Source: an uncultured delta proteobacterium (lineage in GTDB: Bacteria; Myxococcota_A; UBA9160; SMWR01). Taken from it: a stretch of 64,000 nt of DNA. The stretch is from the NCBI GenBank assembly GCA_963832165.1, contig CAWHTE010000004.1:32001-96000 (forward strand), in the 5' to 3' direction. A program made the position numbers and the translations under genes. The notes under the pieces were generated by a model. That model had not been told where the DNA came from and did no database searches. It worked only from the letters and a program-made list of their open reading frames with translations. Positions 39,481 through 47,825 of this stretch are shown here, in pieces (positions within the stretch are counted from its first letter, which is position 1; every line of letters starts with the position of its first letter).

Positions 39481-40490
39481 AGCACGAGCTGTGCGACCGC
39501 CTCGACCCAGGTCGGGTGCGAGTTCGGGCAGTCGACGAGGAGTAGCTCCTCCCCGCCGAGCTCGCGCCATTGCTCGCGCGCGCGAATCCCGATCTCTTCG
39601 ATCGTCTCCAGGCAATCGGCCGCGAACGAGGGGCACAGGATCGCGAGCCGGCGCACGCCCTTCGCCGCGAGCTCGGGCAGCACGAGATCGGTGTAGGGCC
39701 TGATCCAGGGCCGGCGCCCGAGCCGCGACTGGAACGAAGTCGAGAGGCGCGCCGGATCGAGGCCGAGCGCGCCCGCGAGTGCCGCCGTGGTCGCGGTGCA
39801 CTGCGCGCGGTAGCAGAAGCGGTGCGCGGCATGCGGCGTCGTGCAGCAGCCGGGACCCGCGAGGCAGTGGGATCCGCTGCGGTCGGCGGCGCGGATCTGA
39901 TGCTCGGGCAGTCCGTGATACGAGAACAGCACGTGGTCGGCGCGGAACTCCGCGAGCGCGGGCGCGGCGACGTCGCGCCACGCGCGGACGAAGCCGGGAT
40001 CGTCGAAGAAGGGCTCGATCGCGGTGACGCGGTGCAGGCGCGCCGCCGCGGGTGACGCGAACAGCGCCGCGAGCGCCGAGCCGGTCGCCGCGGACGAGTA
40101 CTGCGGGAACAGCGGCAGCGCGACGACCTCGCGCACGCCGCGCTCCTCGAGCCGGCGCAGCGCCTCTTCGATCGACGGTCGCCCGTAGCGCATGCCGAGC
40201 GCGGCGGCCCAGCCCGCGCCGAGCCGTCGCTCGAGCGCCGCGCGCAGCGCCTCGCCGTGCACGAGCAGCGGTGATCCCGCCTCGCTCCACACCTTCGCGT
40301 AGGCTGCTGCCGTGACGCGCGGGCGCCGGGGCAGGATCACGGCTTCGAGCAGGAGCTTGCGCTGCAGCGTGGGCAGGTCGATCACGCGCGGATCGGAGAG
40401 GAACTCGCGCAGGTAGCGGCGCACCTCGCGCGGGCGCGGCGCATCGGGCGTGCCGAGGTTGATCAGCAGCGCGCCGCGCGGCGCGCTCAC
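39393..40490 (-). CDS. hemH: Ferrochelatase
   Basis: LLINLGTP, YLREFLSDPRVI, PLFPQYS, FSYHGLP, FQSRLG, F.ADCLET.EEI. Confidence 0.95.
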   Translation of the reverse strand: MSAPRGALLINLGTPDAPRPREVRRYLREFLSDPRVIDLPTLQRKLLLEAVILPRRPRVTAAAYAKVWSEAGSPLLVHGEALRAALERRLGAGWAAALGMRYGRPSIEEALRRLEERGVREVVALPLFPQYSSAATGSALAALFASPAAARLHRVTAIEPFFDDPGFVRAWRDVAAPALAEFRADHVLFSYHGLPEHQIRAADRSGSHCLAGPGCCTTPHAAHRFCYRAQCTATTAALAGALGLDPARLSTSFQSRLGRRPWIRPYTDLVLPELAAKGVRRLAILCPSFAADCLETIEEIGIRAREQWRELGGEELLLVDCPNSHPTWVEAVAQLVLHAKGIAVSAREAAANPDASESETLTPAT

Positions 40491-41257
40491 GCGCCATCCC
40501 GGTGGACTTCGCTCGCCCTCGGCTCGCTGCGCGAGTATTGCGTCCAGAGGTTCCACCACTGCCCGAGCCACGCGGAGATCGCGACGTAGTAGGCCGGGTA
40601 CACGAGCGAGACCCACGCCGCGCGCTCGCGCTCGGGGGAGGGCGGCATCCCCGCGATCAGCGCCATCGCGATCATCCAGAGCATTCCGCCGGCTGCACTG
40701 ACGCCGCGCAGGCGCCGCATCTTGCTCGGGTAGATGTACTTGAGCGGTACGAAGGTCAGCGCGGCGAACAGCGCGATCCAGGCAGTGGCCACGGCGGACG
40801 ACATCTCGAGCAGCCAGACATAGAGCGCGACGACGTTCCAGTACGAGGGCCAGCCCAGGAAGAAATCGTCCTCGGTCTTCACGTCGACCTGCGCGAACGC
40901 GTAGGAGGCCGCGAGCACGGGGAGCAGCACGAAGCTCCAGTGCGCGAACGCGCCCAGCGCGAGCAGGAACACCACGGGGACGATCGCGTAGTTCAGGTAG
41001 TCGACGACGTCGTCGAGCGTGCGCCCGTCGATCCGCGGCAGCTGCTCCGCCACCCCGACCCGGCGCGCGAGCGTGCCGTCGACCGAATCGATTACGAGCG
41101 CAGCGAGCATGTAGATCACCGCGCGCGCGAAGCCACCGCGGCCGATCTCCCAGAGCGCGAATACCCCGAGCACGGCACCGCTCGCGGTGAACAGATGCAC
41201 CGACCAAGCCAGCGCTTGGCGGGTGGTGAGGGCTGTCGGCGCACCGTGACGGGCCAT
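40487..41257 (-). CDS. pcs: Phosphatidylcholine synthase-like CDP-alcohol phosphatidyltransferase
   Basis: AWSVHLFTASG, D.VDG.LAR, DG..LD.VVDYL, FLGWPSYWN, KYIYP. Confidence 0.8.
   Translation of the reverse strand: MARHGAPTALTTRQALAWSVHLFTASGAVLGVFALWEIGRGGFARAVIYMLAALVIDSVDGTLARRVGVAEQLPRIDGRTLDDVVDYLNYAIVPVVFLLALGAFAHWSFVLLPVLAASYAFAQVDVKTEDDFFLGWPSYWNVVALYVWLLEMSSAVATAWIALFAALTFVPLKYIYPSKMRRLRGVSAAGGMLWMIAMALIAGMPPSPERERAAWVSLVYPAYYVAISAWLGQWWNLWTQYSRSEPRASEVHRDGA
40503..40540 (-). repeat. 38-bp hairpin repeat copy in the pcs 3' end
   Basis: Reverse complement caatactcgcgcagcgagccgagggcgagcgaagtcca, read as QYSRSEPRASEVH. Confidence 0.8.
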
Positions 41258-41301
41258 CCAGGAGTGCGGACGAACATACCAGAGGCCGCTATCGTTCCCC
41301 G

Positions 41302-41916
41302 ATGCCCGTCGACTCGATGCGCCGAGCCATTCCGAATCCCGTCTCGCGCGAGGACGCGAAGCGCGTGAACGACGCGCGCGCGCTCGAGTTCCTGCGCCAG
41401 GGCGGCGACTCGTTCATGACCACGAACGTGGACGCCGTGCTGAACTGGGCGCGCAAGTACTCGATGTTCCTGTACCCGTTCGTGACCGCGTGCTGCGGCA
41501 TGGAGTTCATGTCGGTGGCGGGCCCGCGCTACGACATCGACCGCTTCGGCTGCGCATTGCCGCGGTTCTCGCCGCGTCAGGCGGACCTCCTGATGGTGGT
41601 GGGCACGATCACCCACCGGCAGGCGCCGATCCTCAAGAAGGTCTACGACCAGATGGCCGAGCCGAAATGGGTGGTCGCGTTCGGCGCGTGCACGTGCTCG
41701 GGCGGCCCGTACAACAACTACGCCACCGTTCAGGGCATCGACACGATCATCCCGGTCGACGTGTACATCCCGGGCTGCCCGCCGCGGCCCGAGGCGGTGA
41801 TCGACGGACTGATCAAGCTCCAGTCGCGCGTCCAACAGGAGCGCGTGCCCGCCGACGGGCGTCACCGCGAGACCGCCGACCTCGCGCTTCCGGTGGTCGA
41901 GAAGCCGATCGCCTGA
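41302..41916 (+). CDS. nuoB: NADH-quinone oxidoreductase subunit B
   Basis: TACCGMEF, SPRQADL, YDQM.EPKWV, VDVYIPGCPPRPE. Confidence 0.93.
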   Translation: MPVDSMRRAIPNPVSREDAKRVNDARALEFLRQGGDSFMTTNVDAVLNWARKYSMFLYPFVTACCGMEFMSVAGPRYDIDRFGCALPRFSPRQADLLMVVGTITHRQAPILKKVYDQMAEPKWVVAFGACTCSGGPYNNYATVQGIDTIIPVDVYIPGCPPRPEAVIDGLIKLQSRVQQERVPADGRHRETADLALPVVEKPIA

Positions 41917-41920
41917 GGGG

Positions 41921-41958
41921 CAAGTTTCGCGCAGCGAGCCGCAGGCGAGCGAAGTCCA
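41921..41958 (+). repeat. 38-bp hairpin repeat copy between nuoB and lipB
   Basis: caagtttcgcgcagcgagccgcaggcgagcgaagtcca. Confidence 0.9.
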
Positions 41959-41970
41959 TAAGGGGGGAGC

Positions 41971-42633
41971 GTGCGGCTCTCCGTCCAGGAGCTCGGACAG
42001 GTCTCCTATCGCGACGCGCTCGCGCTCCAGGACGAGCTGGTGGCGGCGCGGCGCCGCGGTGCGTGTGCGGACACGCTGCTCCTGCTCGAGCATCCGCCGG
42101 TCGTGACGCTCGGGCGCAGCGCGCGCGGTGAGCACCTGCTCGTCGATGCGGAGGGGCTCGCGGCGCGCGGCGTGGCCGTGCACGAGGTCGCGCGCGGCGG
42201 CGACGTCACCTATCACGCGCCGGGTCAGCTCGTGGGCTACCCGATCGTCGACCTCGCCGCGCGCGACGCGTGTGACGTGCACGCGTGGCTGCGCACGCTC
42301 GAAGAGCTGATCGGCGAGGCGCTGATCGAGCTCGGCGTGCCGTGGCGGCGCATGCCCGGCTGGACCGGAGTATTCGTCGATGCTCCGGGCGAAGTGGCGC
42401 GCCCGCGCAAGATCGCGTCGATCGGCGTCGGCATCCGCGGCTGGGTCACCTTCCACGGCTTCGCGCTGAACGTCGATCTCGAGCTGGCCGGCTTCGATGC
42501 GATCGTCCCGTGCGGCCTGCACGCGGTCGAGATGACCTCGCTCGCGCGGGAGCTCGGCGCCGGCGCTCCGCCCGACCTCGCCGTGCGCGCGCGCGACGCC
42601 GTGCGCAGCGCATTCCTGGCGCGGCTCGGTTAG
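41971..42633 (+). CDS. lipB: Octanoyltransferase
   Basis: LEHPPV.TLG, RGGDVTYH.PGQLVGYP, KIASIG, HGFALN, IVPCG. Confidence 0.93.
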   Translation: MRLSVQELGQVSYRDALALQDELVAARRRGACADTLLLLEHPPVVTLGRSARGEHLLVDAEGLAARGVAVHEVARGGDVTYHAPGQLVGYPIVDLAARDACDVHAWLRTLEELIGEALIELGVPWRRMPGWTGVFVDAPGEVARPRKIASIGVGIRGWVTFHGFALNVDLELAGFDAIVPCGLHAVEMTSLARELGAGAPPDLAVRARDAVRSAFLARLG

Positions 42634-42727
42634 CGTCCGTCGGGAAGCGGACGGCGCGGGTTCGAGTTGACCCCAGCCGAGTTTGGGTGCACAAAGAGGT
42701 TCCCCAAGCTGTGCAGGAGCCAGGGCC

Positions 42728-43612
42728 ATGACGAAGCTGCGATTAGCCTTTCTTTACGCGGTCGTGTCGATCGGAATCCTCTGCGGGCTGTCGCTCGGCG
42801 CGAGCGCTCAGGTGGACGACCCCGCGCCCGCGGGCGCCAACGACTGGAATTGCGTGCCGAGCGCCGCGCATCCCAAACCCGTCGTGCTCGTCCACGGTCT
42901 GGGCGCGCGTATGTCCGAGAACTGGCTCTACCTCTCGCCGGCACTGAAGGAAGCGGGCTACTGCGTGTTCGCACTCACGTACGGGCGCAACGCGGCGGCT
43001 CCCCCGCCGCTCGACCAGCGGGGCGGCTTCCTGCCGATGGAGCAGAGCGCCCAGCAGCTCGCGGACTTCGTGGCCGAGGTGCTCGAGGCGACCGGCGCCG
43101 ACCGCGTCGACATCGTGGGGCATTCCGAGGGCAGCCTGATGCCCAACTACTACGTGAAGTTCCTGGGCGGTGCGGCCTTCGTCGATCGCTACGTGGGCAT
43201 CACGCCGCTCTGGGACGGGACCAACCTGGCCGGCTTGGCCACCGCCTACACGCTCCTGGATCCCACGGGTCTCGGCGTGGTCGTGGCGGGTCAGATCGCG
43301 CAGTGGTGCGCGTCGTGCCCGCAGTTCCTGCGCGGCTCGGACTTCCTGAAGAAGATGAATCAGGGCGGGGCCGCGGTTCCCGGCGTCAAGTACACGATGA
43401 TCATGACCATCTACGACGAGCTCGTCGTGCCGTGGTGGAGCGGCTACCTCGTCGCGCCGAACTCGACGAATATCGTGCTCCAGAAGGTCTGTCCGACCGA
43501 CGTCTCGGAGCACGTGCTGGTCGCCTTCGACCCGGTGGTGAAGCAGCTCGTCTTCAACGCGCTCGACCCGGCCCACGCGCAGAAGCCACGCTGCCTCCTC
43601 GGATTGCTCTGA
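42728..43612 (+). CDS. Secreted lipase/esterase (alpha/beta hydrolase)
   Basis: Signal peptide; PVVLVHG, VDIVGHSEG, DELVVP. Confidence 0.85.
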   Translation: MTKLRLAFLYAVVSIGILCGLSLGASAQVDDPAPAGANDWNCVPSAAHPKPVVLVHGLGARMSENWLYLSPALKEAGYCVFALTYGRNAAAPPPLDQRGGFLPMEQSAQQLADFVAEVLEATGADRVDIVGHSEGSLMPNYYVKFLGGAAFVDRYVGITPLWDGTNLAGLATAYTLLDPTGLGVVVAGQIAQWCASCPQFLRGSDFLKKMNQGGAAVPGVKYTMIMTIYDELVVPWWSGYLVAPNSTNIVLQKVCPTDVSEHVLVAFDPVVKQLVFNALDPAHAQKPRCLLGLL

Positions 43613-43623
43613 TTCCGCTCTCC

Positions 43624-44250
43624 ATGATTGCGCGGACCGCGGCGATCGCCGCGCTCTTGCTCGTGTTCGCGGGCGTCGCGCGCGGCGCCGAAGCCGAACG
43701 CGTGATCGTGTGTCTGGGCGATTCGCTCACCGAGGGATACGGCCTCGCTCCCGAACGCGCCTATCCGAGCCTGGTCGAGCGCATGCTGCGCGAGCGGGGT
43801 CACAGCGTTCGCGTGGTGAACGCGGGCATCAGCGGCTCGACATCCGCGAGCGCGGTGTCGCGGCTGCGCTGGCAGCTGCGCAGCCGGCCCGAGATCGTCG
43901 TGATCGCGCTCGGCGGCAACGACGGGCTGCGCGGCGTCGACGTGGCGACGACGCGCGCGAACCTGTCGGCCGCGATCGAGCTCGCGAAGAAGAGTGGCGC
44001 GCGCGTGCTGCTCGCCGGCATGAAGATGCCGCCCAACTACGGACCCGAATACACCGCCGCGTTCGAGGCGATCTTCCCGGCGCTGGCCGCGCAGCACGGC
44101 GTCGCGCTGTTGCCGTTCCTGCTCGAGGGCGTGGCGGCCGATCCGGCGCTGAACCTGCCCGACGGGATCCACCCGAACGAACGCGGCGCCGAGGTCGTCG
44201 CGCGCAACGTGCTCGCGGCTCTGGTCCCGATGCTGGAGCCTCGCCGTTGA
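43624..44250 (+). CDS. GDSL/SGNH arylesterase (TesA-like)
   Basis: GDSLTEG, NAGISG, LGGNDG, PPNYG, DGIHPN. Confidence 0.9.
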   Translation: MIARTAAIAALLLVFAGVARGAEAERVIVCLGDSLTEGYGLAPERAYPSLVERMLRERGHSVRVVNAGISGSTSASAVSRLRWQLRSRPEIVVIALGGNDGLRGVDVATTRANLSAAIELAKKSGARVLLAGMKMPPNYGPEYTAAFEAIFPALAAQHGVALLPFLLEGVAADPALNLPDGIHPNERGAEVVARNVLAALVPMLEPRR

Positions 44251-44909
44251 TCCTCGAGGCGGAGTCGGTCCACAAGACGTTCGCGTCGCCGGCAGGCGCG
44301 ATCGAGGTGCTGCGCGGCGTCGACCTGCGCGTGGCGAGCGGCGAGACGGTCGCGATCGTGGGCGAATCGGGCAGCGGCAAGTCGACGCTGCTCTCGCTGC
44401 TCGCGGGGCTCGACGTCCCCACGCGCGGCAGCGTGCGCCTCGACGGCGCCGATCTCGCCGCGCTCTCCGAGCGCGAGCTCGCGCGCGTCCGCGCGCGCCG
44501 GGTGGGAATCGTGTTCCAGCAGTTCCATCTCGTGAGCGGCTTCACCGCGCTCGAGAACGTGAGCCTGCCGCTCGAGCTGCAGGGCGAAGCCGACGCCGAG
44601 GCGCGCGCGCGCGCGGTGCTCGACCAGGTGGGGCTCGCGCCGCGCGCCGACCATCTGCCACAGCAACTGTCGGGCGGCGAGTGCCAGCGCGTTGCGATCG
44701 CGCGCGCGCTCGTGGTCGAGCCCGCGCTGCTGCTCGCCGACGAGCCGTCGGGCAGCCTCGATGCCGTGACCGGCGATGCCGTCGATCGGCTGCTGTTCGA
44801 TCTCGTCGAGCACCGCGGCACGGCGCTCGTGCTCGTCACGCACAGCGACCGCCTGGCGGCCGCGTGCGATCGCCGCCTCGCGCTCGAGGGCGGCCGGCTG
44901 GTCGGCTGA
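44247..44909 (+). CDS. ABC transporter ATP-binding protein (YbbA-like)
   Basis: GESGSGKST, LSGGE.QR, ADEP; TTG overlapping the upstream stop. Confidence 0.9.
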   Translation: MILEAESVHKTFASPAGAIEVLRGVDLRVASGETVAIVGESGSGKSTLLSLLAGLDVPTRGSVRLDGADLAALSERELARVRARRVGIVFQQFHLVSGFTALENVSLPLELQGEADAEARARAVLDQVGLAPRADHLPQQLSGGECQRVAIARALVVEPALLLADEPSGSLDAVTGDAVDRLLFDLVEHRGTALVLVTHSDRLAAACDRRLALEGGRLVG

Positions 44910-44910
44910 C

Positions 44911-47496
44911 GTGTGGGTGCTGGCGCGGCTCGCGTGGCGCGAGATCCGCAACCACGCGCGCTTCTCGGTGTTCTTCGCCACCAACCTCGCGCTCGGCTTC
45001 GCGGGATTCGTCGCGCTCGACGCGTTCGAATCGTCGGTGACCCGCGCGCTCACGGAGCGCTCGCGCGCCTTTCTCGGCGCGGACGTGGTCGTCTCGTCGC
45101 CGCGCCCGGTCACGGCGGCGGAGGTGCGCGCGCTCGATCAGCCGGCCGGGGAGGGCGCGCGCCTCGCCCACGCGGTCGTGCTGTTCTCGATGGTGGGTAC
45201 GGGCGAGCGAGCGCGTCTGGTCGAGCTGCGCGCGATCGACGCGGCCTATCCGCTGTACGGCGCGATCGAGCTCGAGGCGGGCGGCGGTGCGGCGCACGGC
45301 GGCCACGCGCGCGCGGCGCTGCGCGACGGGCCCGGTGCCTGGATCGACCCACCGCTGCTCGCGCAGCTCGGGGTCGCGGTGGGTGATGGGGTCCAGATCG
45401 GGCGCGCGTCGTTTCGCGTCGAGGGCGTCGTCGCGCGCGACGGGGGGCGCGCGAGCAGCGGATTCGCGATCGCGCCGCGCGTCTACATCGACCTCGGACA
45501 CCTCGACGCGACCCGACTCGTCGCGACGGGGAGCCGCGTGGAGTACCAGCGACTGTATCGGCTGGCGGGCGGTGCAGATCCCGACGCGGTCGCGCGCGCC
45601 ATGCGGCTCGCGATCGACGACCCTCGCATCGCCGCCCGCTCGCACGCCGAGGCCACGCGCGACCTCGCACGCAGCTACGGCGCCGTGACGCGCTACCTCG
45701 GACTCGTCGCGCTCGTGGCGGTGTTCCTCGCCGGGCTCGGCGCGGCGCACCTGTTCCGCGCGCATCTCGCGCGCCGCGTATTCGATCTCGCGATCCTCGT
45801 GAGCCTCGGTGCGACGCGCACGCGCGCGCAGGCGATCTTTGCGCTGCAGCTCGCACTGCTGAGCCTCGGCGCTGCGGCGGGCGCGCTCGTGCTCGGCGCG
45901 CTGCTGTTGCCCGCGCTCACGGCGATCGCCGGCGACGCGGTGCCGCCCGGGTTCGCGCCGCGCGCCGGTGTGCGCACGGCCGCGACGGTGGCGCTGCTCG
46001 CGGTGTTCGGCAGCGCGGCGGCGTGCCTGCCGCTCATCGTCCGGCTGCGCCGGCTGCGCCCGGCGGAGCTGTTCGCCGAGCAGGCGAGGCCACACCTCGC
46101 GAGCGCGCCGCGCGACGCGGTGTGGTGGACGCCCGCCGCGCTGGGGTTCTGGGCGATCGCGTGCTGGCGTGCGGAGAGCTTTGCGACCGGCAGCGTGTTC
46201 ACGGCGCTGTTCGGCGCGGCCGCGCTCGCGCTCTCGGCGGTCGGGCTCGCGCTGACGGTGCTGTTCGCGGCCGCTCCGCGCAGGACGCCGCTGCCCGCTC
46301 GGCTCGCGCTGCGCGAGCTGGCGCGGGGTCGGCTCCGCACGGTGTCGGGATTCGTGTCGCTCGGTCTGTGCGCTCTGCTCGTGAGCCTGGTGCCGCAGCT
46401 GCGCTCGGTGCTCGACCGCGACCTCGAGACCCCGCGCGGCGCTTCGCTGCCGAGCCTGTTCCTGTTCGACATCCAGCCCGACCAACGCGATCCGATCGCC
46501 GAGCACGTGGCCGCGCGCGGTACGTCGCTGCAGCGTCTCTCGCCGCTCGTTCGCGCGCGGCTCGATCGCATCGACGGCGTGTCCGTGGCCACACGCGAGG
46601 ACGACGCCGCGCGGCCTCCCGGGTCGAGGCTCGCGCGCGGCGACGCCGAGGACGCGCGTCGGCTGCGGTCGCGGCGCTACAACCTGACCTGGCGCCCTGA
46701 GCTGAACGATTCCGAGCGCATGCTGTCCGGGCGCGCGTTCTCGGGCACCTGGGATCCGCTCGCGGGGAAGCCAGCCGAGCTGTCGCTCGAGATCGACTTC
46801 GCCGAACGGCTCGGGATCGGGCTCGGCGACACGCTCGCGTTCGACGTGCAGGGAGTCGCGGTCGAAGGCGAGGTCGTGAGCCTGCGCGAGGTGCGCTGGA
46901 ACAGCTTCCAGCCGAACTTCTTCGTCGTGTTCCAGCCCGGTGTGCTCGAGGAGGCGCCCGCGGTCTATCTCGCGTCGATCCCGCAGCTGCCACCCGATCA
47001 GCGCGATGCGCTCCAGGCCTCGCTCGCGACCGCGTTCCCGAACGTCTCGAGCATCGACGTGACGCGGGCGGTCGAGCGTCTGCTCGGCCTGATCGACCAG
47101 CTGCAGTGGGCGCTCGCGGGCTCGGCGGCGCTCTCGCTCGCGGTGGGTTGGCTGCTCGTGACGGCACTCGCGCGCGACGCTGCGCGCGAGCGCCGCTGGG
47201 AGCTCAACCTGCTCAAGGTGCTCGGCGCCGAGCTGCGCGACATCCGGCGCTGCCTCGACATCGAGTTCGCGCTGCTGGGCGGGCTCGCGGCGCTGGCCGG
47301 CACTGCCGCGAGCGTGATGGCCGCGGCCGTCCTCGCGCGCTGGGTGATCGAGGTGCCGTGGGCGCCGGCGGTGGCCCCGCTCGCGGTGCCGCTGTTCGGA
47401 ATCCCCGCGCTATGCGTGGTCTGCGCGCGCATCGCGTCGCGCACCGTGCTGCGCGAGCGCCCGCTCGCGCTGCTCCAGGCCGCTCCTTCGCACTAG
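44911..47496 (+). CDS. ABC transporter permease (YbbP/FtsX-like)
   Basis: LAWRE, LGAD, YPLYG, FLFDIQPDQ, R.V.W.SFQPNFFVVF. Confidence 0.85.
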   Translation: MWVLARLAWREIRNHARFSVFFATNLALGFAGFVALDAFESSVTRALTERSRAFLGADVVVSSPRPVTAAEVRALDQPAGEGARLAHAVVLFSMVGTGERARLVELRAIDAAYPLYGAIELEAGGGAAHGGHARAALRDGPGAWIDPPLLAQLGVAVGDGVQIGRASFRVEGVVARDGGRASSGFAIAPRVYIDLGHLDATRLVATGSRVEYQRLYRLAGGADPDAVARAMRLAIDDPRIAARSHAEATRDLARSYGAVTRYLGLVALVAVFLAGLGAAHLFRAHLARRVFDLAILVSLGATRTRAQAIFALQLALLSLGAAAGALVLGALLLPALTAIAGDAVPPGFAPRAGVRTAATVALLAVFGSAAACLPLIVRLRRLRPAELFAEQARPHLASAPRDAVWWTPAALGFWAIACWRAESFATGSVFTALFGAAALALSAVGLALTVLFAAAPRRTPLPARLALRELARGRLRTVSGFVSLGLCALLVSLVPQLRSVLDRDLETPRGASLPSLFLFDIQPDQRDPIAEHVAARGTSLQRLSPLVRARLDRIDGVSVATREDDAARPPGSRLARGDAEDARRLRSRRYNLTWRPELNDSERMLSGRAFSGTWDPLAGKPAELSLEIDFAERLGIGLGDTLAFDVQGVAVEGEVVSLREVRWNSFQPNFFVVFQPGVLEEAPAVYLASIPQLPPDQRDALQASLATAFPNVSSIDVTRAVERLLGLIDQLQWALAGSAALSLAVGWLLVTALARDAARERRWELNLLKVLGAELRDIRRCLDIEFALLGGLAALAGTAASVMAAAVLARWVIEVPWAPAVAPLAVPLFGIPALCVVCARIASRTVLRERPLALLQAAPSH

Positions 47497-47512
47497 GTGT
47501 GCGCGAGCGTTC

Positions 47513-47815
47513 TCAGCGCGGCAGTGCGCTCGCGATCGCCGCGATGTCCTCGTCCGTGAGCTTGCTCGCCATCGCCTTGTGCTTCTCGCTCGCGCGCAGG
47601 TGCTTCGCGACGTCCTCCGCGGCGAGGGTCTTGCCCGCGAGCGCCGGGACCTTCATCGCCTTGGCCGCAGGGGTCTCGGCCTTGCCGTCGAGACCGTGAC
47701 AGCCGGCGCACTTCTCCTTGTAGAGCGCGGCGCCGTCCGCCGCGAGCGCCTGGCTCGCGCAGAACAGCAGGGGAATCGCGAGCGAAAGCGACGCGAGTCG
47801 GACCAGGGTGTGCAT
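47513..47815 (-). CDS. Periplasmic monoheme class I cytochrome c
   Basis: AAGGAG RBS; signal peptide; G..LY...CAGCHG; distal Met. Confidence 0.9.
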   Translation of the reverse strand: MHTLVRLASLSLAIPLLFCASQALAADGAALYKEKCAGCHGLDGKAETPAAKAMKVPALAGKTLAAEDVAKHLRASEKHKAMASKLTDEDIAAIASALPR

Positions 47816-47825
47816 TCGTTTCTCC

